Positions 51,277 through 60,814 of a stretch of 64,000 bases of DNA are shown here, one piece after another. The notes beneath the pieces were generated by a model. The model was not told where the DNA came from. It did no database searches and worked only from the letters and a program-made list of their open reading frames with translations. The stretch lies in NCBI GenBank assembly GCA_026129095.1, contig JAHCIT010000013.1, positions 1 through 64,000 of the forward strand, given 5' to 3'. Position 1 is the stretch's first letter. The number at the start of each line of letters is the position of its first letter. The position numbers and the translations under genes were made by a program. This DNA comes from Deltaproteobacteria bacterium (GTDB lineage: Bacteria > JAGRBM01 > JAHCIT01).

Positions 51277-52233
51277 TTGGCGAGCAAGACCTCACGGGCC
51301 GTCTGGATCATTGTCGGCACAACGCTCGTCCTGGTGCTGGTCATCCTTACTGGAAGCCTGTTCTCCCCTTCCGATTCGTCCGGTCCGGCGTCAGCCATGC
51401 TCCGGGGCCGGGCGTCGGGATCGGTCGCGGTGGTGCCCATTGAAGGCCCGATTTTCAATGCCCGTCCGGTCATCAAGCAGCTCCACGCAAGGAGCGAAGA
51501 CAAGTCCATCAAGGCGCTCGTAGTCCGCGTGGACAGTCCCGGCGGGGGCGTGGTGCCAAGCCAGGAGATTTACAACAAGATCCGGCGCATACGGGAGGGC
51601 GGAAAGCCCGTCGTCGTGTCGTTCGGATCGACGGCGGCCTCCGGGGGATACTATGTCGCTTCGGCCGCCGACTGGATCGTGTCCAACCCCGGTACGATCA
51701 CCGGCTCCATAGGTGTGCTGATCGAGACGGCGAAATTCCACAAACTGCTGGCCAAGATTGGCGTTGAATCGGTGGTTATCAAGAACTCAAAAGGCACATT
51801 CAAGGATATCCTGAATCCGGCACGGGACATGACTGGCGAAGAGGAAAGGCTGCTCAAGTCGCTCCTGGATTCCACTTTTGACCAGTTCGTTGATGCCATC
51901 GTCGAAGGTCGTAAAATGGACCGGGCAGAGGTGCTGGCGGTGGCTGACGGGCGGATATTTACTGGTGTGCAGGCTGCGGCGGCGGGCCTGGTGGATCAGG
52001 TCGGTGATCTCGACGCCGCCATCGCCAAGGCCGGGGAACTGGCAAAGCTCGGTCCAGACCCGCATGTCATTTACCCGCGCCGCCCCAAGCCGACGATTTT
52101 CAACCTGTTTCCCGATCAGGATGACGAATGGTCTGGTCCTGACGAGACGCCGTTTCTGGGCAAGCTCCTCGGACGGCAGATCGCCCAGCATCTCGAATTC
52201 AACGGTCTTCTTTTCTACCTGATGCCCCGGTAA
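51277..52233 (+). CDS. sppA: Signal peptide peptidase SppA (36K type)
   Basis: DSPGG, AASGGYY, TITGSIGV, FKD and DGRIFTG. Confidence 0.93.
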   Translation: MASKTSRAVWIIVGTTLVLVLVILTGSLFSPSDSSGPASAMLRGRASGSVAVVPIEGPIFNARPVIKQLHARSEDKSIKALVVRVDSPGGGVVPSQEIYNKIRRIREGGKPVVVSFGSTAASGGYYVASAADWIVSNPGTITGSIGVLIETAKFHKLLAKIGVESVVIKNSKGTFKDILNPARDMTGEEERLLKSLLDSTFDQFVDAIVEGRKMDRAEVLAVADGRIFTGVQAAAAGLVDQVGDLDAAIAKAGELAKLGPDPHVIYPRRPKPTIFNLFPDQDDEWSGPDETPFLGKLLGRQIAQHLEFNGLLFYLMPR

Positions 52234-52257
52234 GCCGTTTGGGCAGGGAGTGATCCC

Positions 52258-52890
52258 GTGGCTGGCAAGCGCAACAAGCAGGTTTCCGGACGGGCAAGGA
52301 CGAAGACGCACCGCGCTTCCTCCAGGAAGCCGGGTGGCAGCAGGCTCCGGATGCGGGGCGTGGACCTGCAGCCGGAATCACCACGGACACGCGCAAGACT
52401 CTGGGCTCCCTGGCGGATGGACTATATCAAGGGACACGCCACGAATGGTCCTGCCTTCCAGGGGTGTGTGCTCTGTGAGCTGCTCAGGATGGATGATGGA
52501 GACGGGAACCTCGTTCTCTGCCGGACCGGAAATGCCTACGTGGTGATGAACCGGTATCCTTACACGAACGGGCACCTCATGGTGGTTCCTCGCCGCCATA
52601 CGAGCGATTTCACATCGCTGACCGCGGAGGAAACGGCAGGCCTGATGGAGCTTATCCAGAAGTCAGTGGCCGCCCTCCAGCAGTCGATCCGGGCACAGGG
52701 GTTCAATGTCGGCATGAATATCGGCCGGATTGCCGGGGCCGGAATCGATGAACACCTGCACTTCCACGTTGTGCCGCGCTGGAACGGTGATACCAACTTC
52801 ATGCCGGTTCTGGCTGACGTGAACCTGGTGAATGACCATCTTGTGCCCAGCTATCGCCTGATCCGGGAAACGATGAAGAAGCTGGGGTAG
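52258..52890 (+). CDS. HIT family protein (Ap4A hydrolase/phosphorylase-like)
   Basis: LWAPWRMDYI, N.YPY..GH, FNVG.N.G..AGAG and HLHFHVVPRW; true start may be further downstream. Confidence 0.9.
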   Translation: MAGKRNKQVSGRARTKTHRASSRKPGGSRLRMRGVDLQPESPRTRARLWAPWRMDYIKGHATNGPAFQGCVLCELLRMDDGDGNLVLCRTGNAYVVMNRYPYTNGHLMVVPRRHTSDFTSLTAEETAGLMELIQKSVAALQQSIRAQGFNVGMNIGRIAGAGIDEHLHFHVVPRWNGDTNFMPVLADVNLVNDHLVPSYRLIRETMKKLG

Positions 52891-52897
52891 GGCAGTC

Positions 52898-53848
52898 CTA
52901 TTTCGGCGACGGAACAGTCTTGATCAGTTCGTCCAGTACGAGATCTGCCGGTTTCTGGCGGGGATCTTTGGCGATGATCCGGTGGAGCATCACTGGCTTG
53001 GCGACTGTCTGAACATCCTCGGGGATGACAAACCCCCGTCCCCGGACAAGCGCCAGCGCCTGCGCCGCCCGTTTGAGTGCCAATGAGCCACGGGGCGACA
53101 TACCCTGTGTGAACCGGGCATCCGCGCGGGTCGCTCCGGACAGCCGTACGATGTAATCAAGCACCGTTTCCTCAACCCGGACAGCCGCGGCTGCAGCCTG
53201 TAAATCTGACATCGCATTCACACCGAGTACTGGCTTCAGGCTCGACCACTCGGGGTGACCCAGCGTTTCGCGCAGGATGTCGCGTTCTTCGGCTTCTGCC
53301 GGGTAACCCATGGAAAGCCTCATCAGGAACCTGTCGAGCTGGCTTTCCGGAAGGGGGAACGTGCCGTGCGGCTCGTGAGGGTTCTGGGTGGCGATGACAA
53401 AGAATGGCTGGGGAAGCTTCAGCGTTTCGTTTTCGATGGAAACTTGCCCTTCGCTCATGGCCTCCAGCAGGGCCGACTGCGTTTTGGGTGAAGCACGGTT
53501 GATCTCGTCAGCCAGAATGATGTGGTGGAAAATCGGACCTGGTACCAGCTCGAACCGGCGATCGGACTCCTTCCAGATTGACACCCCCAGGATATCGGAT
53601 GGCAGGAGATCGCTGGTGAACTGGATACGGCGGAAACTGGCATCGAGGCTCCGGGCGAGGGCCTGTGCGAGCGTTGTTTTCCCAACACCTGGGAGATCTT
53701 CCAGGAGGACGTGCCCTTGGGCGAGCAGGGCGGCTACGACCAGCTCGATTATCTCGTCCTTGCCCCGGATCATGCGGCCGATGGACGACCTGAGCGCCTG
53801 TATCTGCTGGACGGCCGGGGATGGAGAGGTTTGCGTGGCGGGCTGCAT
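52898..53848 (-). CDS. MoxR-family AAA+ ATPase
   Basis: GHVLLED.PGVGKT, RIQFTSDLLPSD, LADEINR..PKTQSALLE, ATQNP and LPESQLDRF. Confidence 0.95.
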   Translation of the reverse strand: MQPATQTSPSPAVQQIQALRSSIGRMIRGKDEIIELVVAALLAQGHVLLEDLPGVGKTTLAQALARSLDASFRRIQFTSDLLPSDILGVSIWKESDRRFELVPGPIFHHIILADEINRASPKTQSALLEAMSEGQVSIENETLKLPQPFFVIATQNPHEPHGTFPLPESQLDRFLMRLSMGYPAEAEERDILRETLGHPEWSSLKPVLGVNAMSDLQAAAAAVRVEETVLDYIVRLSGATRADARFTQGMSPRGSLALKRAAQALALVRGRGFVIPEDVQTVAKPVMLHRIIAKDPRQKPADLVLDELIKTVPSPK

Positions 53849-53858
53849 CGATGATCCC

Positions 53859-54689
53859 TTACTTTCCCTGGAACACGGGCTGACGTTTTTCGATAAAGGC
53901 CCGCTGGCCCTCGCGCAGATCCTCTGACAGGAAACAGGCGATCCGGATCTGCTTGAGTTCCTGTTCCCTGGCGGCGTCCAGCGGAGGAGCGTCCAGCAGG
54001 TAGCGGATCGTCTTTTTCATCCCGCGGACGGCAAGTGGGGCGTTGGCCGCAATCCGCTGAATGAGTGTTTCTGCGGCCGCGTCCAGGTTGCTCCGGTCCG
54101 CAATCCGGCTGACGAGTCCCAGCCGGAGTGCCTCCTCCATCGTGACCGGTTCGCCAGCCAGGAACAGCATGCGCGTAGCTCCCGCGCCGATCAGGTCAAT
54201 GAACTTCTTGATACCCCGAGGATGATAACAGATGCCCAGTCGTGCGGGCGGCATCGAGAACTTCCCGTGCGAGGCAGCCAGGCGAAAGTCGCAGGTGACG
54301 GCCAGTTCCGCTCCCGCTCCATAGGCATGGCCGTTCAGGATAGCGACTGTCGGGAGGGGAAACTCCTCGACCCTATCCAGCATCCTTAGCAGTTCGTTGG
54401 CTTCGATGTCGTTCGAATCCTTGCGGACGCCATGGCTATCGCCGGGGCGGGCGCCTCCGGTCGGGATCGCGGCAATGTCATAGCCGGAGCAGAACGCTTC
54501 GTCACCGGCCCCGCGGAATATCACGACCCGGACGTCATTATTCTTCTGAACGTCATCCAGAACTTTCGAGACAGCCACTGCCATCTCCGCATCCAGGGAG
54601 TTCCGTTTGGCGGGATTGGTGAGCTGGATTCGGGTTACAGGGCCGGTCTCGACGAGCACCTTGCCGCTGGCGAGCGATTGGGTAGCCAT
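53859..54689 (-). CDS. Enoyl-CoA hydratase/isomerase (crotonase) family protein
   Basis: KRNSL, AFCSGYD, NGHAYGAGAELA..CD.R, NAPLAV and EG..AF.EKR.P.F.G. Confidence 0.9.
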   Translation of the reverse strand: MATQSLASGKVLVETGPVTRIQLTNPAKRNSLDAEMAVAVSKVLDDVQKNNDVRVVIFRGAGDEAFCSGYDIAAIPTGGARPGDSHGVRKDSNDIEANELLRMLDRVEEFPLPTVAILNGHAYGAGAELAVTCDFRLAASHGKFSMPPARLGICYHPRGIKKFIDLIGAGATRMLFLAGEPVTMEEALRLGLVSRIADRSNLDAAAETLIQRIAANAPLAVRGMKKTIRYLLDAPPLDAAREQELKQIRIACFLSEDLREGQRAFIEKRQPVFQGK

Positions 54690-54835
54690 TACCTGTGAGC
54701 TTGGCCAATCGGGCACAGAGGCTCAAGGGCCGCAAACACCCTGTTCCTATGCCATGTCTGCCCGGCTTGCCTCATTTAGACCGTGCGGTAGGGTTTGGCT
54801 GGGGAAACGGAAGCGGGCAGGAGGTTGATGCAGAC

Positions 54836-56062
54836 ATGGCGAAGAAGGCTCAGGGCAGCACGAAGAAGACCACGGCAAAAAGCAGTTCCCGCACGGCGGC
54901 ATCGTCAAGGCGGGTGGCGTCCGGCGTCCCTGCCGAAACACCCATCGACAGGCGGCTTGCGCTGGTGAATGGAGCGGGTGGTTTTCTGGGACTTAATGTG
55001 GTGCGGGAGCTGGTCCGCCAGGGCTGGCATGTGCGGGCAAGTGACCTGCCGCAGGTCAGAATCGACCATCTCTCCCGTGATTTCGGCGTGGAAACGCAGC
55101 CGGCGGACCTTTTGGACCTTGAGCAGTGCCGTGCACTCGTGAATGGAGTCACCCACGTCTTCAATCTCGCGGGACTGTTCAACTTCGCCGCCAGCCGTGA
55201 GCAGCTTTTCAATGCCAACGTGAAGGCAACCGAAATGATGTGCCGTGCCGCTTCCGGGACAAAACTGGAGCGTTTCGTGCATGTGGCGACCATCGGTGTC
55301 TATGGAAGAATGGGCCGCCGCGCAGCGGATGAGAGCTGGCCGCACCGGCCGAAGAATCCCTATGAGGCGACCAAGGAACAGGGAGAGGCTGTGGCGTTTC
55401 ACTATGCACGCACCCGCGGACTCCCGGTGGTATCGCTCCGGCCGACCGTGATCTATGGGCCGCGTTCCCGCTACGGCGTTGTCACGTTCCTGTCGGCTAT
55501 TGCCATGCTGCGGTTTTTCGGCATCCGGAAGGCTCCGGCTATCCCTGGAGGGCCGAAACTCTCACATGTGCACGTCGAGGATGTCGCCCGCGCGCTGGTG
55601 CATATTGCCACCCATGGCAAGGTGGGCGAGGCCTACAACTGCGCCGACGATACCCCGCAGGCGTGGGGTGATCTGGCCACTTTCATGGCTGGCGAGTTCG
55701 GCATCGAACCGGCTGATGAATACCATGTACCGGACCCGGTTTTTCACCTGCTGGGCCGGGTGGCGCCATACGTGCCGAAATCATGGCTTGCCGGCCGGCA
55801 GAAGCAGATTGACCAGCAGTGGCAGAAGCTGGTGGAAGCCGGCGTGAAGGATTTCCTGAAACCCACGCTCGACATGGATTTTCTTGGTTACCTCCGGTCG
55901 AACCATATCCTCGACACCGGGAAGCTGAAGAACACCGGCTTCAGGTTGAACTATCCGCGCACGGTCGATGGCCTGCGTCAGACGATCGAGTGGTACCGGG
56001 AGGCGGGCTGGCTGCCGAGGCTGGACCAGTTCCACCAGTCCGGCAGCCGGGCTACGGCCTGA
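54836..56062 (+). CDS. NAD-dependent epimerase/dehydratase (extended SDR, 3-beta-HSD-like)
   Basis: GAGGFLG, YEATK (YxxxK), LRP..IYGP and HVEDVA. Confidence 0.85.
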   Translation: MAKKAQGSTKKTTAKSSSRTAASSRRVASGVPAETPIDRRLALVNGAGGFLGLNVVRELVRQGWHVRASDLPQVRIDHLSRDFGVETQPADLLDLEQCRALVNGVTHVFNLAGLFNFAASREQLFNANVKATEMMCRAASGTKLERFVHVATIGVYGRMGRRAADESWPHRPKNPYEATKEQGEAVAFHYARTRGLPVVSLRPTVIYGPRSRYGVVTFLSAIAMLRFFGIRKAPAIPGGPKLSHVHVEDVARALVHIATHGKVGEAYNCADDTPQAWGDLATFMAGEFGIEPADEYHVPDPVFHLLGRVAPYVPKSWLAGRQKQIDQQWQKLVEAGVKDFLKPTLDMDFLGYLRSNHILDTGKLKNTGFRLNYPRTVDGLRQTIEWYREAGWLPRLDQFHQSGSRATA

Positions 56063-56073
56063 CACCTGCACGA

Positions 56074-56460
56074 ATGAAAACCGACACGGTATTCGTGGAC
56101 GCCACGCGCGTGGTGACGGATGCGGGCCGCATCTCGCTGTTTTTGTGGGTGGATGTCATGCGCGGAGACGGTGGTGAGGTGCTGACCGGCGAGCCGGCGA
56201 GGCTATGGGTCGAGCTGGAATGGGAAAAGACCGGTGGCGAGGCGGAATCTCTCCGAATGTACGAGGAGGCAGTTCCTGCCGAGTGGCTCACCGGTTCCGC
56301 GCCTGACCGGAGGCTCAAGGCCAGAGTCCGGGCGCTGTTCGAGGAAGGCCGGGACCGGATGTACGCCGTGGGTGCCGGCGGGACGATGGCATGGGCCCGT
56401 GACTGGATGAAGTCGGGCCGGCCGGCCGGGAAAACTCCTAGTTCAGGAACGGCAGAATAG
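56074..56460 (+). CDS. Hypothetical protein
   Basis: ATG 11 nt after the upstream stop (MKTDTVFVDATRVV...); fills the gap; no recognisable family. Confidence 0.45.
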   Translation: MKTDTVFVDATRVVTDAGRISLFLWVDVMRGDGGEVLTGEPARLWVELEWEKTGGEAESLRMYEEAVPAEWLTGSAPDRRLKARVRALFEEGRDRMYAVGAGGTMAWARDWMKSGRPAGKTPSSGTAE

Positions 56461-57664
56461 GCATGCCGGTCTTGGGATCAGTATCGAGCAGGACGGCTTC
56501 CAGATAGAAAACGAGATCCAGCCAGTAGAACAGGCAGTAGGCTCCTGCCACCAGGAACAGGATGAAGCTGGGCCAGAAAACGGCCTTGCCGCAGGGTTTT
56601 GCAGCGGCTCCGGGCCATATCCAGTTGCCGATGAAGACCCCAATCGCCGTCATCAGGTAGCTGGCAATGACGAGCCGGGGCTCGCGGCCCGAGATGTTGA
56701 CCATGGACTCGACATCTCCGGTACCGAAGGTAAGCCAAGCGGTGACACCGAAAAGGATGGCGAAAAGCGGCAGCAGCCAGAGCGCCGTTGAACCGGCAGA
56801 ACGCGCCAGTTCCTTCCACGGGGCGGGGGCCGGAGCGAGCCAAACCAGCGTAATGGCGGAGAGCGCGAGCAGCAGGAACGATCCCAGCAGTGCCTGATAG
56901 CGGGCGACGTAGAGATGGGCTTTCACCCGCTGGGCGGGGCTGGGGGGCGGGACGCCCAGTTTTTCGCCAAGCGCGGTAGCAGCATCATAGTAGGCGGCCG
57001 ACTGGGAGTAGCGGTTTCGCGTAAACTCCAGATCGCCCAGACCTTTCAGTGCAAACGCCGCCGACAGGGTGCCGGGATAACGGTCAAACACCATCCGGTA
57101 CAAACGGCGTGAATCATCGAAACGGTTCTGACGGAACGCATTCTTGGCAAGGAAAAAGAGATATTCGGGCGAACGCGGATAGCCGGGATTGGCCTCGGTA
57201 AGCCTGAGCATTTCCTGCTCGAATGCTTCCTCACCGATGTCCTTCCGGGTGTCGAGGAGTTTCTGGAACTCCTTGTAGGTTGCCGCCCATTTACCCTCGA
57301 ACGGAAGCAGTGAGGGGAGCCGCCGCTCCACGCGGGCCGCTGCACGGCTGTCATGATAGCGGGAGACGACCAGCCGGTATATTTCGAGTGCGCCGTCCAC
57401 ATCGTGAAGTTGCTGGTCACGGATGAAACCACACTGAAACAGCGCGCTCGGCGCTGACGGGCTGGCGGGGTATTTGTTCGCCACTTCCAGATAGATCCGG
57501 CAGGCTTCATCGAGATTCCCCGCCGTCTCAGCCTTCTGGCCCTCGACGAACAGGATCTCGCCAGGTTCCTCCGGCGCAGATGCCTCGCCGGTAGCAAGTA
57601 CGGCCAGAGGCATCAGGCCGCAACCATATGCAGCAACCAGAAGGAGACCCCGCCAGCGGGCCAC
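56438..57664 (-). CDS. TPR-repeat (BamD/CpoB-like) exported domain followed by about four C-terminal TM helices
   Basis: N-terminal signal; repeats such as YLEVANKYPASPSAPSALF and YRMVFDRYPGT..A..AL..LG; hydrophobic C-terminal third; starts 2 nt after the upstream stop. Confidence 0.75.
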   Translation of the reverse strand: MARWRGLLLVAAYGCGLMPLAVLATGEASAPEEPGEILFVEGQKAETAGNLDEACRIYLEVANKYPASPSAPSALFQCGFIRDQQLHDVDGALEIYRLVVSRYHDSRAAARVERRLPSLLPFEGKWAATYKEFQKLLDTRKDIGEEAFEQEMLRLTEANPGYPRSPEYLFFLAKNAFRQNRFDDSRRLYRMVFDRYPGTLSAAFALKGLGDLEFTRNRYSQSAAYYDAATALGEKLGVPPPSPAQRVKAHLYVARYQALLGSFLLLALSAITLVWLAPAPAPWKELARSAGSTALWLLPLFAILFGVTAWLTFGTGDVESMVNISGREPRLVIASYLMTAIGVFIGNWIWPGAAAKPCGKAVFWPSFILFLVAGAYCLFYWLDLVFYLEAVLLDTDPKTGMPILPFLN

Positions 57665-57666
57665 GG

Positions 57667-58737
57667 CTATTTCTTTCCTGCCGGCCTGACGGGCGGTGTC
57701 GTAACCGCCGGTGCGGTGCCGATCTGTTGCACTTCCATCCGGACGCGGTGCTGTGTGTCATAGGTATAGTGGTGCGGTGCAGGGATGGTCAGAACGCCGT
57801 TATAGTAGAGTTCAGCCTTGAGAGGGACCGAAAGTTCACGATCAATCCAGATTGTGCCCTCATAGTTTCGCACCGTGATGCCGGGGTTTTCTCCGGTATA
57901 GTGAGAGGGGCCCGTCTTGTACTGGTCTACGGTCCTGCCCAGCCATTCTCCCACCCCTGCGAGCTCGTAGCCGATGGCCTGCCGGGTTTCGTTGACCCAC
58001 CGGCGGAGAAGGTCATGGGAAAGCAGATCGAGTTGCCCTGAAGTGATGGAATTCAGAAGCTGCTGGTCTTCCTCAGGTGACTGCTCGTTGATGTCAGCGG
58101 CCTGCTTGTCGCCAGGCCGCTGAAGGAGCGGCCGGTTCCCGATCAGCCAGAACTGGCTCTTGTAAAGCGGCTTGTGGAAGGTCTGGGCGGGACTATCGGT
58201 ATCGACGTTGTAACTGGCGTGCCAGTCTCCGTTCGAAGCCTTGGTGAAACGCACGGCACCCTTGCTGTATACCTTGCCCAGCTTCGGCTCCGAACTTTTC
58301 ATCTCGAAACTGAAATCGACCACGAAGGACGGCAGGTTGTCGAAAGTCCGCCGGAACGGCTGGTTAACGGCAGCGATGACCGACGACAATGTTTCGGGAA
58401 GCTTCTCAGGGACTTCTTCTTCCTGCCGGCGTCCCTGGTGCATGGTCATCGGTTCGAGTGTCACGCCCTGCATCTCGGGCTCCACCTCACCCTCTGCATA
58501 GAGCTGCCCGGATTCCATGCGCTGTTCTTCCACCCATGCACGGGCCTTCTTGACGTGGTCCACTTCCGCACCCCGTTGCGGTGGTGCCGACGGGATGAGG
58601 CCATCCGGAAGTTCCGAACGGGTAGTGAGGTACAGAAGATAAATGCTGACCACGACCGCAATGGCCAGCGCCGCCATGACAAAGCGGCGAACATTGTCCG
58701 CTTTCGGGACTGGTGGACTGGATGGAGGCTCAGTCAC
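57667..58737 (-). CDS. Single-pass membrane protein with beta-rich periplasmic domain (LolA/LppX-like by motif)
   Basis: GTG start overlapping the upstream TGA (GTGA); TM FVMAALAIAVVVSIYLLYL; G.GEWLGR.V..Y and EGTIWID...VPLKAE. Confidence 0.6.
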   Translation of the reverse strand: MTEPPSSPPVPKADNVRRFVMAALAIAVVVSIYLLYLTTRSELPDGLIPSAPPQRGAEVDHVKKARAWVEEQRMESGQLYAEGEVEPEMQGVTLEPMTMHQGRRQEEEVPEKLPETLSSVIAAVNQPFRRTFDNLPSFVVDFSFEMKSSEPKLGKVYSKGAVRFTKASNGDWHASYNVDTDSPAQTFHKPLYKSQFWLIGNRPLLQRPGDKQAADINEQSPEEDQQLLNSITSGQLDLLSHDLLRRWVNETRQAIGYELAGVGEWLGRTVDQYKTGPSHYTGENPGITVRNYEGTIWIDRELSVPLKAELYYNGVLTIPAPHHYTYDTQHRVRMEVQQIGTAPAVTTPPVRPAGKK

Positions 58738-58973
58738 GATGCCGCTTCCGTCCCGGACTGGCCCGGCATGGGCTCGCCGTGGCCTGGTTTCACACGGCTT
58801 CGCAGGTAAGCCGAGATGACCGGTATCGCTACCATGAGAAAACCCGAAAAGATCACAAGCGGTGTGAGATCGGCACCGATCGAAGACGAGTTCGGGTTGT
58901 AGCCGAACTTCACTTCGAGCACCCGTCCGCGCCGCCGTTTCCACGGCAGTATCCATTTGCTCCAGAACGACAT
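58734..58973 (-). CDS. 79-aa membrane micro-protein with GYNPNSSS motif (candidate radical SAM substrate)
   Basis: SD GGAG upstream of ATG 58973; basic KRRRGR, KFGYNPNSSSIG and one TM helix; stop overlaps the next start. Confidence 0.65.
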   Translation of the reverse strand: MSFWSKWILPWKRRRGRVLEVKFGYNPNSSSIGADLTPLVIFSGFLMVAIPVISAYLRSRVKPGHGEPMPGQSGTEAAS

Positions 58974-59147
58974 CCTGCAAGTCTCCGGTCGTTATCCAGC
59001 AGTCGAAGCTCCACCATAGCACCGGCGCGGCTGGCGCGGGAAGGGGAGATTATCCCGGACACCCTTCGCCATTATTGTCCAGTTAATGAGTTCTCGCCGT
59101 TACAGGGCAGATTGGATATATTTGGCTGAACAGGGCAGCATTTCCGG

Positions 59148-60341
59148 ATGGATACCAAGGCGGGCTGGCGATACCGGTACGAGCCGTTCGGCGGGATTAT
59201 CTCCGTCGAGGAGCCGCCGCTCCTCATGCTGGTGGACCAGGACTACCTGCGCGAGCGGGGCGTGGCGGAAAGCCCGGCGTGGAGTGAGCCCTGGGACGGC
59301 CAGCTTTCGGCGCCGACAGAAGTGCATCTGGCGCTCACCAACTATTGCGCTGCCGGCTGCACGGCTTGCTACATGGACTCGCGGCCGACTGACCGGCTGG
59401 AGACCGAACGGAAGGATTATGAACTGGCCCTGGGCCGGATCCGTACTCTGGCTGGAATGGGTGTATTCCATGTGGCGCTGGGCGGCGGAGAGACGCTGGA
59501 AGTGCCGTGGCTGTTTGATCTCGCCGCCGAGATGAGAAAGCTCGGCATGGTACCGAACATCACGACGAGTGGCCTGGGCATGACGGAGGAGAAAGCCCGC
59601 CGTTGCCGGATATTCGGGCAGGTGAACGTGTCGGTGGATGATCTGGGCGAGCGTTACCGCGAAAGCCGCGGATACCAGGGGTTCGAGGCGGCTGAGAAAG
59701 CAATCGGCTTGCTGCAAAGAGAGGGCATCCCGGTTGGCATCAACTGCGTCATCTCCCGCAAGAACATCGGCCACCTGGATGAGATATTCGCCTGGGTGAA
59801 GCGGAATAAACTTCTGGAGATCGAGCTGCTGCGCTTCAAGCCGGCGGGACGTGGCGCCGAACACTATGGGGAGTTCTGCCTCACGGCGGAGCAGGCGGAA
59901 AACTTCTTCCCGCAGGTAAAAACACTCACGCGCAAGCACCGGATCCGGGTAAAACTCGACTGCTCGTTCGGGCCGTTCGTCTACTTCCACAAGCCAGACC
60001 GGGAGACCGTGCGGTTTTTCTCCATCCGGGGCTGCGAGGGGGGCAACTGGCTCGCCGCCGTCCACCCCGATGGCCGGGCGGCCCCATGCAGTTTCGCCTG
60101 GGATGAAAGTGTTCCGGTGGCTGATCTGCCCTCGAAATGGAAAGACCCGTCGGCCTTTGCCAACTTCAAGGCATGGTGGACAAACCCGCCTGAGCCCTGC
60201 GCCTCGTGCGACTATCTGGACCTTTGCCATGGTGGATGCCATGCGGTGTCGAAACACACGAACGGCAGTTTCCAGGCACTCGATCCCGAGTGTCCTTCGG
60301 TGCGGCGCTACCGGGCGGGACTGGAGGGGAAGCAGGGATGA
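59148..60341 (+). CDS. Radical SAM/SPASM domain protein
   Basis: CAAGCTAC (CxxxCxxC), LGGGE, NITTSG; SPASM GCEGG...HPDG..PC, CASCDYLDLCHGGC and DPECP. Confidence 0.95.
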   Translation: MDTKAGWRYRYEPFGGIISVEEPPLLMLVDQDYLRERGVAESPAWSEPWDGQLSAPTEVHLALTNYCAAGCTACYMDSRPTDRLETERKDYELALGRIRTLAGMGVFHVALGGGETLEVPWLFDLAAEMRKLGMVPNITTSGLGMTEEKARRCRIFGQVNVSVDDLGERYRESRGYQGFEAAEKAIGLLQREGIPVGINCVISRKNIGHLDEIFAWVKRNKLLEIELLRFKPAGRGAEHYGEFCLTAEQAENFFPQVKTLTRKHRIRVKLDCSFGPFVYFHKPDRETVRFFSIRGCEGGNWLAAVHPDGRAAPCSFAWDESVPVADLPSKWKDPSAFANFKAWWTNPPEPCASCDYLDLCHGGCHAVSKHTNGSFQALDPECPSVRRYRAGLEGKQG

Positions 60342-60814
60342 GCCAGATTGTTTTTGAATCGTCGGCGCGTCTGCTCACGCTGCTGCACGGTCTTGCCGGA
60401 ATCGCGCTTACTGGCGCACTTACCCACGGGGCGGTTTTCATCTGGAAAGGAAACCGCACCGGGGCGGCGGGCTACTACCGGCGGGCGGAGAAGTTCTGGC
60501 CCGTCATTCACATATCGCTCTTTGCTTCCATGCTGCTGGGGTTCATTGCCTACCCGACCTACCGGATCCGTACCCGCGCCGAGTTCCTCGACGCCCACTA
60601 TCCGCTGGTGGTGGACCTGTTCGATCTCAAGGAAAACTACGCCTCGATCGTTTTCGTGCTGGTGTTCGGGGCCTGGCTCCTCCGTCACGCACCGCTCAAA
60701 AGCCAGGCGCGGCAGCTTCTGCACGACAACTTCTACTACGCGGCCACGGCCCTTACCTGGCTTATTGCCGTGCTGGGGCTATGGGTGACGCTGCACCGGG
60801 GGATCGGTACATGA
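60338..60814 (+). CDS. Small four-TM membrane protein of unknown function
   Basis: ATGA overlap with the rSAM stop; LLHG...LTHG in TM1, loop YPTYRIRTR..FLD...P...LFDLKEN. Confidence 0.75.
   Translation: MSQIVFESSARLLTLLHGLAGIALTGALTHGAVFIWKGNRTGAAGYYRRAEKFWPVIHISLFASMLLGFIAYPTYRIRTRAEFLDAHYPLVVDLFDLKENYASIVFVLVFGAWLLRHAPLKSQARQLLHDNFYYAATALTWLIAVLGLWVTLHRGIGT

Noticed and set aside
58734-58973. Type IV prepilin interpretation of the micro-protein
   Set aside because: The residues after the Gly are polar (YNPNSSS), and there is no Glu at +5 or immediate hydrophobic stretch.
57667-59022. 451-aa ORF as given by the ORF track
   Set aside because: The N-terminal 95 aa look non-coding and overlap a better-supported 79-aa ORF with an SD and a GTGA junction. 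The start was moved to 58737.
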